Of a DNA stretch of 64,000 bases, positions 40,179 to 49,304 are shown piece after piece (the stretch's first letter is position 1; every line of letters starts with the position of its first letter). This DNA is from Oligoflexales bacterium (lineage in GTDB: Bacteria > Bdellovibrionota_B > Oligoflexia > Oligoflexales > JAPPIL01). Under the pieces are notes generated by a model. The model was not told the origin of the DNA and searched no databases. It worked only from the letters and a program-made list of their open reading frames with translations. A program made the translations under genes and the position numbers. Location: the NCBI GenBank assembly GCA_965215515.1, contig OZ244057.1:1632001-1696000 (forward strand), read 5' to 3'.

Positions 40179-40960
40179 GTTTTTTCTCCTTCGTCAGGTG
40201 GTGATGAACTCAGGCGTTGATCGTCGAGCTGTTGTTGGGTCTGGCGTTTGATGTCGAGCAGTTGAAAGACCCACGCCTTATCGCTGATCACTGCGGCGGT
40301 GGTAAAAGACAAGCTGATGCGTTCACGATACGGCTCGACGGCGCGTCCCTCGATATACTTGCGGGTCGTGCCCCAGACGGCAACACGATAGACCGACTTG
40401 TCGCGGCCGTAAATTTTTGCAGTGCGACGGGTAAATTTTTCCACCTTGTCGAAAGCAAACACCTGATCGATTTTGCGTAGCCGCCACAACTCGATATTGC
40501 CGCGCATCTCGCGCATGAAACGCGTTTTCAGTTGTGGGTGCATCCAGCGGCTCAGCTCGCGATAACGGGTGGCGACATCTTCGTAGTTGGTGTTGGCGAG
40601 ATCGTGGACGATCGTTTCCGCGAAGTCATAGACGAGCCGATCGGCAATGCTGTTGGCTCTGATACGCATAATGTCGGTGATATTGCTGGGTACGATGTAG
40701 CTGTCGGGGTGTTCGAGTTGCTGTTGCAAACTGTGGTTGACACACCCCTGCCAGATAGCAACTGCGAGCAGACAGATGAACACCGCGACGAAGGCGATGC
40801 GCTCGACGCACAGGCGATGCAGCAGCGTAACTACCACCATGCTGTGCGGCGGCAAGGAGGCACGAGCGATGATCCCCGCGTCTTTAGTGGCATAAGCTCG
40901 GATCAGGGCGAGCGAGATTTTTTGCTTCGTTTTTTCTGGCGATAAAATTTTGCGTTCCAT
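40175..40960 (-). CDS. TraE/VirB8-like protein
   Basis: Single TM helix then an NTF2-like domain (YIVP...IDQVFAFD); operon order L-E-K-B. Confidence 0.6.
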   Translation of the reverse strand: MERKILSPEKTKQKISLALIRAYATKDAGIIARASLPPHSMVVVTLLHRLCVERIAFVAVFICLLAVAIWQGCVNHSLQQQLEHPDSYIVPSNITDIMRIRANSIADRLVYDFAETIVHDLANTNYEDVATRYRELSRWMHPQLKTRFMREMRGNIELWRLRKIDQVFAFDKVEKFTRRTAKIYGRDKSVYRVAVWGTTRKYIEGRAVEPYRERISLSFTTAAVISDKAWVFQLLDIKRQTQQQLDDQRLSSSPPDEGEKT

Positions 40961-40968
40961 CGTCTCTC

Positions 40969-41301
40969 CTACAGCACAAAATAACTTTTCTGTGGTCGTT
41001 TAAGACTCTGCGGCAAGCCGGTATTCCAAACACCGCAGAGCCATAAGGCGTGCCCGAAGGCATTGGGTGGTAGTTTAAGGCGCAGCTGTTTCAAGCCCAG
41101 CGGCACGATGACCGCCAGCACGAGAAACACGAGTGCTAGTAACATGGAAAATGCCGACGTATAGACCATACCGATAAAACATCCCACGCCTGCCATGAGC
41201 TCGCCTTTGGTCATGCCCTTAAGAAAAATCACCGGAGCATCGATCAAGGGGTTAGTTTCTTTGCGAGCGAAACGGCGATAACGATCGTAGTTTTCTGGCA
41301 T
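40969..41301 (-). CDS. TraL/VirB3-like protein
   Basis: IDAPVIFL...EL, two TM helices, HALWLCG. Confidence 0.65.
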   Translation of the reverse strand: MPENYDRYRRFARKETNPLIDAPVIFLKGMTKGELMAGVGCFIGMVYTSAFSMLLALVFLVLAVIVPLGLKQLRLKLPPNAFGHALWLCGVWNTGLPQSLKRPQKSYFVL

Positions 41302-41305
41302 TGTC

Positions 41306-41623
41306 TTAACCTCGGATAGCGTTAAGAATTTGCGAAATTATCACCGGCAAAGCGAACATGCCGATGCCACAGATAAACGTCACGACACCCGCGCCTTTGT
41401 TGCCGCGCTCGGCGTTGCCGATCATCTGCCACCCACGAAAGGCGGTAAAAAATCCAGCAACTGGGGCAACGACATAGGTCAAGATACCGATGGCGATTTC
41501 CTGCACCCGTTTCGGAAGTTCGAGGTCATCGACCACCGACTGATCACCGATTACCAGCTCGGTAACTTCGGCATAGCCGCGTGCCGAGATGCAAATGGCG
41601 ATTGTTGCGATTAGAGTTCTCAT
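41306..41623 (-). CDS. TraA/VirB2-like pilin
   Basis: Signal peptide plus two hydrophobic helices; upstream of the TraL-like gene. Confidence 0.6.
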   Translation of the reverse strand: MRTLIATIAICISARGYAEVTELVIGDQSVVDDLELPKRVQEIAIGILTYVVAPVAGFFTAFRGWQMIGNAERGNKGAGVVTFICGIGMFALPVIISQILNAIRG

Positions 41624-42411
41624 GTTTCACCTCCGTGTCTTTTGATGTGGGTGATCAAATCCTGTAAGGCAATAAAACCTTCGTGCTTGAATGGCTTTTG
41701 CCCTCGCCGCGCGATATAAAACATCGGGGTAGTCTGTGCTTTGCCGAGCGGGAAAAACAACGACCACTCACCTGCATGATATGGTCGTGAATCTGTATGT
41801 AACGGTGCACCGCGATCGAGTTGTAACGTCGCGACCTTTGCCCCTAATGCCTTGATCGTTTCGATGACATGCTGTTGCTTGCGGCAGGCGGGGCAGTCGG
41901 AGCGATAGATGTAGACGATGGCGACGTTTGCCCAGTCAAAGCCTGGGGGTATGTCTTGCTTGCTCTCTCGCAATAGCGGTGTGGCTGTTTGTAATAGGAG
42001 TTTGTCCTGCTGTGCGATATGTTCCAAAACATTTTCCCCGATCAGATTGGAGTAGGTATCGAGTTCGTTAGCACCTCCCAGAGCCTTGATAATCTGCTCG
42101 ATCGTCTGCCACTGCTGTTTTTGCCATGCTAACAGCTGGCGCGCATTTTCCCGCGTCGGTTCACCTGCTAAGTGCAAGAACGGACGCGGTAGGATGCCGT
42201 AAGCCCCATCAGCCCAGAACTCTGGCCGCGCTGGGTCTTGATAGACACCCCAGTCGAACGGCAAGTGATCGGATTGATGTGGACTGCCGGCGATCACCAC
42301 CTGCGGCACAGTCGGCATGGGGTTATCAAGTCCATGCCCTTCCACGACGCGGAGATTCCTGCATCCCATAACGAACATGCTAACTAAACAGAGCGTAAGC
42401 TTCGTTCGCAC
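41620..42411 (-). CDS. TraF/TrbB-like thioredoxin-fold lipoprotein
   Basis: Lipobox FVMGC; EPTRENAR; YIYRSDCPACRKQ; cis-Pro TTPM. Confidence 0.7.
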   Translation of the reverse strand: MRTKLTLCLVSMFVMGCRNLRVVEGHGLDNPMPTVPQVVIAGSPHQSDHLPFDWGVYQDPARPEFWADGAYGILPRPFLHLAGEPTRENARQLLAWQKQQWQTIEQIIKALGGANELDTYSNLIGENVLEHIAQQDKLLLQTATPLLRESKQDIPPGFDWANVAIVYIYRSDCPACRKQQHVIETIKALGAKVATLQLDRGAPLHTDSRPYHAGEWSLFFPLGKAQTTPMFYIARRGQKPFKHEGFIALQDLITHIKRHGGET

Positions 42412-43471
42412 TTATCTCTCCCTCTTGCACTAATGCGAAAGCTGCGTCCTTGAGACTGCCGACCTGTGTAATCTTTTTTTCTTCGTCTTTATGCAGGTAT
42501 TCAAAGACAAGCGTGCGTCCTCGTGTGCCGCGGTGATGGCAGTGTTCACAGCCCGCCGCGGTGTAGGGCACAACATCTAGTGTTTGTTGGCGAAACATCC
42601 TTGCTAACATCATGCCCGCTTCTTTTGCCTCTGTTTTGCAGACAGGGCACAGGGTCTTGGCTAAACGTTGTGCAGAAGCGAACAACAGCACACTCTCAAC
42701 CAGCCCCCGCTCAATACCCAGCCCCTCTAGGCGCGTTAAAATTTCTGCGGCACTGTTGGCATGCACGGTGGTTAGCACTAAATGCCCGGTGCAAGCGGCA
42801 TGGATCGCGGCAGTGGCGGTCTCGCGATCGCGCACTTCGCCGATCATGATCACGTCGGGGTCTTGCCGCATCAGGGCACGCAAGGCGGCGGCGAAAGAAA
42901 AACTTTTGCGCGGCTCGATCGCGGTCTGGTTAATCCCTGCCAACTCGTATTCGATCGGGTCTTCGACGGTGCAGACGTTGAGCTCAACACGATCGAGACT
43001 GCCGAGAATCGAGTAGAGCAACGTCGATTTGCCTGAACCGGTGGGGCCTGAGACGACGATCAAGCCCGCTTTTTTATTTATTAAGCGTTGTAAGATTGCC
43101 TTTGCTTCTGCCTCAAGCGGATAGGTAGTGAGGCTGAAATCTTTGCCGCGTTCTAGTAGCCGCAAGCAGATTTTTTCGCCGTAGCGGGTGGGCATAAGGT
43201 TACCACGCAGATCGAGTTTTTCTTCGGGATGTGCCCAGCGTGCATCTTGCGGCACACCGACGACGGTCATGTTGAAACCGAGCAGCTGTTTGGTGTGTTC
43301 CGCAAACAACGCGCGATCATCGCCTGCCACCTCCTTGATCTTGTGCAATGTGCCGTCGATGCGTTGGCGAATACAGATGCCGTTGGCAGTGGGTTCGATG
43401 TGAATATCCGAAGCTCCGTGGGTGAAGGCATAGCTGCAAATATCGAGCAGGGCGGCTTGGTGTGGGGTCAT
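42380..43471 (-). CDS. GspE/PilB-family secretion ATPase
   Basis: GASDIHIEP, RIDG, PQDAR, GEKICLRLL, SGPTGSGKST, TVEDPIEY, RQDPDVIMIGEVRD, TGHLVLTTVH, CPVC...CEHC. Confidence 0.92.
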   Translation of the reverse strand: MTPHQAALLDICSYAFTHGASDIHIEPTANGICIRQRIDGTLHKIKEVAGDDRALFAEHTKQLLGFNMTVVGVPQDARWAHPEEKLDLRGNLMPTRYGEKICLRLLERGKDFSLTTYPLEAEAKAILQRLINKKAGLIVVSGPTGSGKSTLLYSILGSLDRVELNVCTVEDPIEYELAGINQTAIEPRKSFSFAAALRALMRQDPDVIMIGEVRDRETATAAIHAACTGHLVLTTVHANSAAEILTRLEGLGIERGLVESVLLFASAQRLAKTLCPVCKTEAKEAGMMLARMFRQQTLDVVPYTAAGCEHCHHRGTRGRTLVFEYLHKDEEKKITQVGSLKDAAFALVQEGEISANEAYALFS

Positions 43472-44283
43472 AGTAGCTTGCACACTCCTTTCGTCGATAC
43501 ATACGTCGCTTCAATCAGCATGTCCTTCCACGTCGTGCCACCGAAGGGCGGAAAGCAGCTGGTCTTTTTTTTGCGCCAGATGGCGAAGATGTAGGTGATC
43601 CCTTGTTTGTTTTTGTCGCGTTTCTTTTCGTCGGGGCCGGGCAGTGGCCAGTCGGTCGCAACATTGCCCGGTCGATAGCAGCCACGCATCTCGGTCAGCG
43701 GATAGACGAGTTGCCACTTATCATCTGCTTCAATCCCGCCAACGCCGTGTTGCCACTGATCGACGACGAATTCGCTGATACCGTAGTAGAGGCTTGGTAC
43801 TGACGCGGCTACACCGGGCATAGGCGGCAGCGCGGGGTAAGCGAACGCTTCTGTTGCAAACGGCACTGCGAGGGTGCGGGCATGCCAGAAAAAACTTTTG
43901 CTCTCCCCACCATCGCTACCGCCACTATCGGCGAAGTTGTTGGTTGGCAATGGGCTGCGGCTCTTATACCAGCGTTTAGCCCAATTGAAATGTTTGGCTA
44001 AGATACGCGGGTAAGCATCGGCGAACATGCTCTTCCCCCAGCGGGTGGTTACCTCGATCAGAAACAGCGGGCGATACATGTAGCCGCGCTTGCTGGGCAT
44101 CTTGGGACAGAGAAAACTATCGCAAGCTTTCCATTTGCACCTGCCGAAATGCGGTTCAGCACAGCTCCAAAAATAGTCGTCCAGCTCCTCATAGAATGTG
44201 CAACCGGTCACCGCCCCCCAACCTCTACCTGCTTCGGCAATAAGTGATATTAGCGAAAAAATGGTGGCAATCAGGACGAACAT
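43468..44283 (-). CDS. Cys-rich secreted protein, TraU-like
   Basis: Signal peptide, multiple Cys, YRPLFLIEVT; first gene of the F-type operon. Confidence 0.5.
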   Translation of the reverse strand: MFVLIATIFSLISLIAEAGRGWGAVTGCTFYEELDDYFWSCAEPHFGRCKWKACDSFLCPKMPSKRGYMYRPLFLIEVTTRWGKSMFADAYPRILAKHFNWAKRWYKSRSPLPTNNFADSGGSDGGESKSFFWHARTLAVPFATEAFAYPALPPMPGVAASVPSLYYGISEFVVDQWQHGVGGIEADDKWQLVYPLTEMRGCYRPGNVATDWPLPGPDEKKRDKNKQGITYIFAIWRKKKTSCFPPFGGTTWKDMLIEATYVSTKGVCKLL

Positions 44284-44330
44284 CGGCTACACTTCGCCTC
44301 ATAGTCATCAGCCGTTGCTGACGGAAGTTA

Positions 44331-44348
44331 AGACTAAAACAATAGTCT
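44331..44348. promoter_or_regulatory. Palindromic operator AGACTA-N6-TAGTCT, copy 2
   Basis: AGACTAAAACAATAGTCT, 17/18 identical to 12557-12574, same relative position. Confidence 0.7.
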
Positions 44349-44444
44349 TTGTTTGAATTATGGGGACACCGTAGCGCGGAAAGTTTCCCCTGTAAAGAAA
44401 AAATTGCATTTTCTATAAAAAAAATTTCAGGAGTATCACAACTG

Positions 44445-44987
44445 ATGAATATGACGGCTGAATTTATTGTGGGTTTAGGTCGTACCTTTAGAGCGGTGCG
44501 GGTACGGGAGGGCTTGACGCAACAGGAATTGGCGGCGGGCATGGGCATCAGTGTGCAGCAGGTCAAGCGTTACGAGCAGGAAAACCTCGATTTGATTGGC
44601 CCGCACGGTTTTACGATCAGTATGTTGGTAAAGCTGGCGCAGTATCTCGACACGCATCCGGTGACGTTGTTTACGGAGATCGTCTCGCATTCAAGGATTG
44701 CGCGACGCGATGAACGGGCGAAGAAACTGCAGAAGGTGTTAGCCTCAGTGGCGAGCGACAGCCTCGATGTCTTGCTATCACCGAAGTCAAAGCGCACCTC
44801 CAAAGCACCGTTCGGTAACGTGGCGGTGTGGAATTTAGAGATGGCCGCTAACCTCGCCCGTTTGCCCGCTAAAGCACGAGCACGGGTGGGGGTGGAAATT
44901 CTGCGGGCGTTGACTGACAGTGGTATCGCCTCCCGCAAGGAGATTGATAGTCAGCAACGGCAACTGTTTGAGTTCTCGGTGGGGTGA
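44445..44987 (+). CDS. XRE-family HTH regulator, copy 2
   Basis: ATG 44445 with AGGAG RBS; about 78% identical to 12672-13211 by manual alignment. Confidence 0.88.
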   Translation: MNMTAEFIVGLGRTFRAVRVREGLTQQELAAGMGISVQQVKRYEQENLDLIGPHGFTISMLVKLAQYLDTHPVTLFTEIVSHSRIARRDERAKKLQKVLASVASDSLDVLLSPKSKRTSKAPFGNVAVWNLEMAANLARLPAKARARVGVEILRALTDSGIASRKEIDSQQRQLFEFSVG

Positions 44988-45023
44988 GAATAACAATGCT
45001 ATTTACTAAATTCTTCGCAAGAA

Positions 45024-45048
45024 AGCCCACAGGCTTGTCCTGTGGGCT
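45024..45048. other. Perfect 10-bp hairpin: oriT inverted-repeat candidate or terminator
   Basis: AGCCCACAGG-CTTGT-CCTGTGGGCT followed by TTGCGT, just upstream of the relaxase remnant. Confidence 0.4.
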
Positions 45049-45076
45049 GAATTGCGTCCTGCGGTAGTATGTGGAT

Positions 45077-45907
45077 ATGATTAGGATGGTAAAATTTGCC
45101 TTGCGTGATTTCTCCGATGCTGAGCTGATCAGCGATTGGCAGGAATTTCGCCGCGGTGAGCCAAAGGCAAGTGCCTTGATCGTCGCGTCAAGGAACGAGA
45201 CAGTCGCGCGCCTCAACCGCGCGGCTCGTGCTCAGCTAAAAGAGCAGGGTGTGCTCAAGGACGGTAACAGCTTTGTCCGTAAAGATGGCACAACAATTGA
45301 ACTGGCGGTGAACGATACGATTGTGTTCACGGCTAGTGATAAGGCAAATGGAATCTTTAACAGCGATCTCGCGAGAATTCGTTCCATACAGGGCACAAAA
45401 ATTTCTGCGCTCAGAAGCGATGGCGAGTTTGTGTTCTTTGACCTGCGGGAATTCGCACAGGTGGCACATGGCTATGCGGTGACCGCGCACCGAGCACAGG
45501 GCACAACCGTCGATCGTGCCTTTGTCTATGCTGATGGTGCGTTCATGGATCGGGAAAAAGCTTACGTGGCGTTGACGCGTGGCAGAGCAGGCAACCGCTT
45601 GTATGCTGACCGTGCCTCGTTCGGCAGTCTGTCTTGGCAACAACAGGTGGAGGTTCGCAAGCTGTCCCGCGCTGACCGCGAGCAGTTTCTTACCGCGGAA
45701 TATCGTGATCGTCTGTGTGCACGTCTCGGCACATCCCGTGAGAAGGAGACCACACTTACCTATCGTGCCGATGACATCAACGCCCGCACGCATGGGAGGT
45801 TTGAGCAGGCGATGGCGAAACTGCAAGCGGCGTTCACGGCGGGATTGAGGGGCGATGGTCGGGAGAACGTCAGACCGAGAGATAGCGGGGTTGGTGTGGA
45901 GAAATAG
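45077..45907 (+). pseudogene. Relaxase-helicase (TraA/TraI/TrwC-like) remnant: C-terminal SF1B helicase part only
   Basis: LNRAAR...GIFNSD...HGYAVTAHRAQGTTVDRAFV...YVALTRGR; no Walker A and no HUH domain. Confidence 0.75.
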
Positions 45908-45945
45908 GTGTTGACATATTATTCGTTTTTGATTAATAAGAGGAT

Positions 45946-46266
45946 GTGGAGCGAAGAGCAGAACACTACACTACTGCTGCGGGTAAGAAGCCGTTTTGGA
46001 ACTGGTTTGGAGGGCTAGATCGCTCCTCTCGTTATGCGGTGGACAGATATATTTTCAGGGTTTGTCGTGGTGGCAGCACAAAGAATGTCAGGTATTTGGA
46101 TGACGGAGTTAGTGAGATCAAAATCGGTCGGATCAGAGTTTATTATGCCGAGACAGAAGATGCCCTTATTCTCCTCTGGGGAGGTGACAAGGGCACACTT
46201 GGGGCACAACGGGCTGATATAGCTAGAGCTAAACGTTATTGGAGGGATTATGTCCAGAAGAAGTGA
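45946..46266 (+). CDS. RelE/HigB-like addiction-module toxin
   Basis: GKKPFWNW...DGVSEIKI.RIRVYY...LLWGGDKGT..QRADIARAKRYW. Confidence 0.85.
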   Translation: MERRAEHYTTAAGKKPFWNWFGGLDRSSRYAVDRYIFRVCRGGSTKNVRYLDDGVSEIKIGRIRVYYAETEDALILLWGGDKGTLGAQRADIARAKRYWRDYVQKK

Positions 46267-46546
46267 GTCATACGACGCGGCCATTGCTAAAGAAATGCAA
46301 AACCCTGAGTTTGCGCGAGGCATGGTGTTACATGCGCTTGAAAGTGGCGATAGCGTTGAAGATGCGCTAAAGTATGCCATCCAAAGGATGGGTGTTAAAG
46401 AATTTTCGGAACAGTCTGGGTTATCAATTCAGAATGTTTCGGCATTTATCAACGGCAAACGTCGCTTTGGTTTCAGGAATTTAAGCAGATGCCTTGCCGT
46501 GTTCGGCTTGAAGTTTGTCGTCGCAGAGGATGACGAAGCTGCCTAA
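46250..46546 (+). CDS. HTH antitoxin (HigA-like)
   Basis: EMQNPEFA...GVKEFSEQSGLSIQNVSAFING; overlaps the toxin gene. Confidence 0.82.
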   Translation: MSRRSESYDAAIAKEMQNPEFARGMVLHALESGDSVEDALKYAIQRMGVKEFSEQSGLSIQNVSAFINGKRRFGFRNLSRCLAVFGLKFVVAEDDEAA

Positions 46547-46616
46547 TCCGATTCATTGAGGCACGATTCGTTTTGTGCTAAAATCCTGCGCCAGAACTGG
46601 GGAAAGCTTTAGGGAC

Positions 46617-47033
46617 ATGCCGACGACGCAAGATTTTCTGACCATACCTGCTGCCAGTCGCTGGGCGAGTGCGTATTTACACAAGAATGTCACACCCTCT
46701 AACATCGCTTATCTCATGCAGTATGGGCGTATTCGCAGGCTTGAACAAGGTGGCACAACGCTGGTGCAGGCCAACGAATTAGGCATGCCAGCTGTTGGCA
46801 TCGACATCTCGGCATTCAACGCCTTGATCAGCAACGTCAAGGTAAACACGCACAACGTAGCCCAAATAAAAAAAGAACTAGCAACTCTTACGGATAAATT
46901 ACAGCAGCATGTTATCAGCTCGCGCATTAATACTTTTGAAACACATCTGGCACAGGAACTAGCACAGTTCAACGCACAGTATTTTCCCTCGCCGGAGTTT
47001 AAGTATCGGGTGCGGCAAGGCGAGATCGATCAG
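46617..47033 (+). pseudogene. DNA methyltransferase remnant (internally deleted, 3' end cut by an IS end)
   Basis: LTIPAASRWAS...NIAYLMQYGRI joined directly to GTTLVQANELGMPAVGIDISAFN; the DPFxGS half of motif I is missing. Confidence 0.65.
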
Positions 47034-47127
47034 CGAACTTACGAAACGATCACTAACCATAACTGAACTCCTCTACGTGAATTGTTAGAAGCCGATAGGG
47101 TGTCCGCTTTTTACGGGGGCATCTACA
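47034..47127 (-). mobile_element. 94-bp IS left-end fragment (IS3-like IR, RBS, first codons)
   Basis: Reverse complement of 49186-49279 with 1 mismatch; begins TGTAGATGCCCCCGTAAAAAGCGGACACCC, then AGAGGAG..ATG. Confidence 0.7.
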
Positions 47128-47373
47128 GCCATATAATGCCTCAGGATCGATTTTTTTGCCTGTCCTGATAGGACAGCATTCAGAAAATATTTTTGAAGAG
47201 TTGTTTTATGTTAGGTAGTTGTCTGTTATATGACTTCGCTATCTGCCTGACTACAGTCAGGAGGAGATTGTTGAGATGTTCCCCAAGAGTCACCCTTGAG
47301 CTAGGATTAACCTCTGATGGGGTGTTCCGTTTTTTACGAGGGCACCTACAGTGGCTGGCATGGCAGTATGACT

Positions 47374-48420
47374 TTAGTTCTTCAATGCCTTTTTAATTGC
47401 AGCTAATTTTTTGGTGTTGAGCCGCAGAACGTTGCAAATCTGCTCATCAGGTATGCCTATTGCCAGCATGCGTTCAGCAGCATCTAGTTGTTTCTGCTCG
47501 ATACCAAGCTGTTTACCTTGCTCGATACCAAGCTGTTTACCTTGCTCGATACCAAGCTGTTCGGCCCTATCGCTTTGTGTTTCCAACATGATCTCCAACC
47601 TCTCTTCCTGTGCCAAATCTGGCCACCTCTCCCGATCCACCCGATTGAAATCACCTTCATCGACCGCGTTATCGGCACCTACGTAGTATACATTTAGATT
47701 CTCTAGGATAAAAGCCCCGTCTTCGGGAGCAATTGAACGGCCTTTGGAGAGCAACGCAGCTACCGTGTCATCATTAGCATCCCACACTTCCGCCATTCCC
47801 TCCACCGCCGTTACCGCAGCGCGGTAGCTCTCATCGCTTGTTTCCTGTCCCGTCTCATCCCACAACTCGGCCAGGGGTAGCTTACGCAAATTCACCACCA
47901 AGCAAGGCATCTTCGGAAACAAAGCTCTAAATTCCTGTAGTATGGGAGGAATCTTTTCGTCAGCAAATTCAAGCGACAGATCATCTTCGGGCGGCTCGAA
48001 GTCCTTATCCTTGCAACATATCAAGACTACAGGAATAATCAAATTGCGGGTTGTCACCCTCTTGCGCTGCTTGAGTTGTTCACGACGAGCGGTAACATAA
48101 TACTCCATAGTCTGTAAAATTACTTCAGGATCACGATAACTCTTGTGTTCCAGAATAAAAGTGATCGTGATTTCCATGTCTGTATTTAGCAGACATACCG
48201 ACGCGGTTAGGTCAGTGCATATCTCTCCACCAGTTCGCTTCAGCAATATACCATCCTTGATGGTTAGGCTCGTAGCATTAAACGCGTCAACAAGCTTGGA
48301 TGGAAAGATAATACGCAATAACCCTGTGAGATATTTAGATTTTTTGAATATTTTCTTAAAAAATTCGTCGTGCAGATTATGCCCCTTCTGCGGTGCTGAC
48401 TTTTGCGTTTTTGCGGTCAA
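47374..48420 (-). CDS. Rpn family recombination-promoting nuclease / putative transposase
   Basis: HDEFFKKIF...CTDL...ILEHKSYRD...IIPVVL; C-terminal (QLGIEQGK)n encoded by 24-bp tandem repeats. Confidence 0.85.
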   Translation of the reverse strand: MTAKTQKSAPQKGHNLHDEFFKKIFKKSKYLTGLLRIIFPSKLVDAFNATSLTIKDGILLKRTGGEICTDLTASVCLLNTDMEITITFILEHKSYRDPEVILQTMEYYVTARREQLKQRKRVTTRNLIIPVVLICCKDKDFEPPEDDLSLEFADEKIPPILQEFRALFPKMPCLVVNLRKLPLAELWDETGQETSDESYRAAVTAVEGMAEVWDANDDTVAALLSKGRSIAPEDGAFILENLNVYYVGADNAVDEGDFNRVDRERWPDLAQEERLEIMLETQSDRAEQLGIEQGKQLGIEQGKQLGIEQKQLDAAERMLAIGIPDEQICNVLRLNTKKLAAIKKALKN

Positions 48421-48538
48421 ACCATTAGCCTCAAAGGTATCTAATCAAATTGTAAGTGCCTAAAATCATCTAGGTGCGACCCTGTGGAGAAGTCGTTCAT
48501 TAAACTATTGTTTTATAGACGATGAGTTGAACTCATTC

Positions 48539-49185
48539 CTACTTCGTTTTTAGGCCACGCTGTAGCGACTCTATTTCTTTTTTGGTTATGCCAGTGATGC
48601 GGCGGATTTTAGCTTCAAGCTCGCCCTCCTTTAGCATACGGAGTGCAATCTCGTAACGTTCCTCGGCCTTGCCTTTGGCCTTGCCTTCGGCCTTGCCTTC
48701 GGCCTTGCCTTTGGCTTTGCCTTCGGCCAGTCCCCTCTTGAAGCCCTGTTCTAGCCAACCTTCTTGACCAATTTTGACGGTGCGCATCAACCTATCCTTT
48801 ATTTTCTTGATACAACCAGCCTCGATCCTCTCTAGCACATTCATACTGAAGTTGCCACTGGATTCGGTGAGGCAGTTGGTCACCTGACCCATTAATCTTA
48901 ACCTTTCCTCCTTGCGCAGGGCAAGACTGCCGACAAAAAACGCCTCGATCGCCTCTTTGTTCAACTGTTGCAGACTTTGCCAGGCCAGCAGGTAGGGGTA
49001 TGACTGCGGAAATTCAGCTTGCAATACCTCTCTGGGAAGAGCCGCTAGATCAAGCAGCAGGTAGCCGAAATTGAGTGTTACCTCCCCGCATATGTTGTCG
49101 GAGGTGGAGCGAAAACGTTGTGGTAGTCTCCATTGTTTCTTTGCTGTGGAGATAACGATAGGCACGATCTCGTCGCTAGCGTTTG
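48539..49185 (-). pseudogene. Second Rpn-family gene, 5'-truncated by an IS end
   Basis: IVPIVI...YLLLDL...(GKAE/K)n 12-bp repeats...IALRML; the first 15 codons of the called ORF are IS sequence. Confidence 0.75.
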
Positions 49186-49279
49186 TGTAGATGCCCCCGT
49201 AAAAAGCGGACACCCTATCGGTTTCTAACAATTCACGTAGAGGAGTTCAGTTATGGTTAGTGATCGTTTCGTAAGTTCG
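49186..49279 (+). mobile_element. 94-bp IS left-end fragment, second copy
   Basis: Inverted relative to 47034-47127, 93/94 identical. Confidence 0.7.
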
Positions 49280-49304
49280 GAGGCACCCGATAGAGAGGGA
49301 GCGG

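Noticed and set aside
47495..47560. 24-bp tandem repeats (and 12-bp repeats at ~48662-48728) as CRISPR or iterons
   Set aside because: They encode the usual Rpn C-terminal GIEQGKQL/GKAE repeats.
49186..49231. Start of the called 230-aa Rpn ORF
   Set aside because: These codons come from the IS end, not from the Rpn gene.
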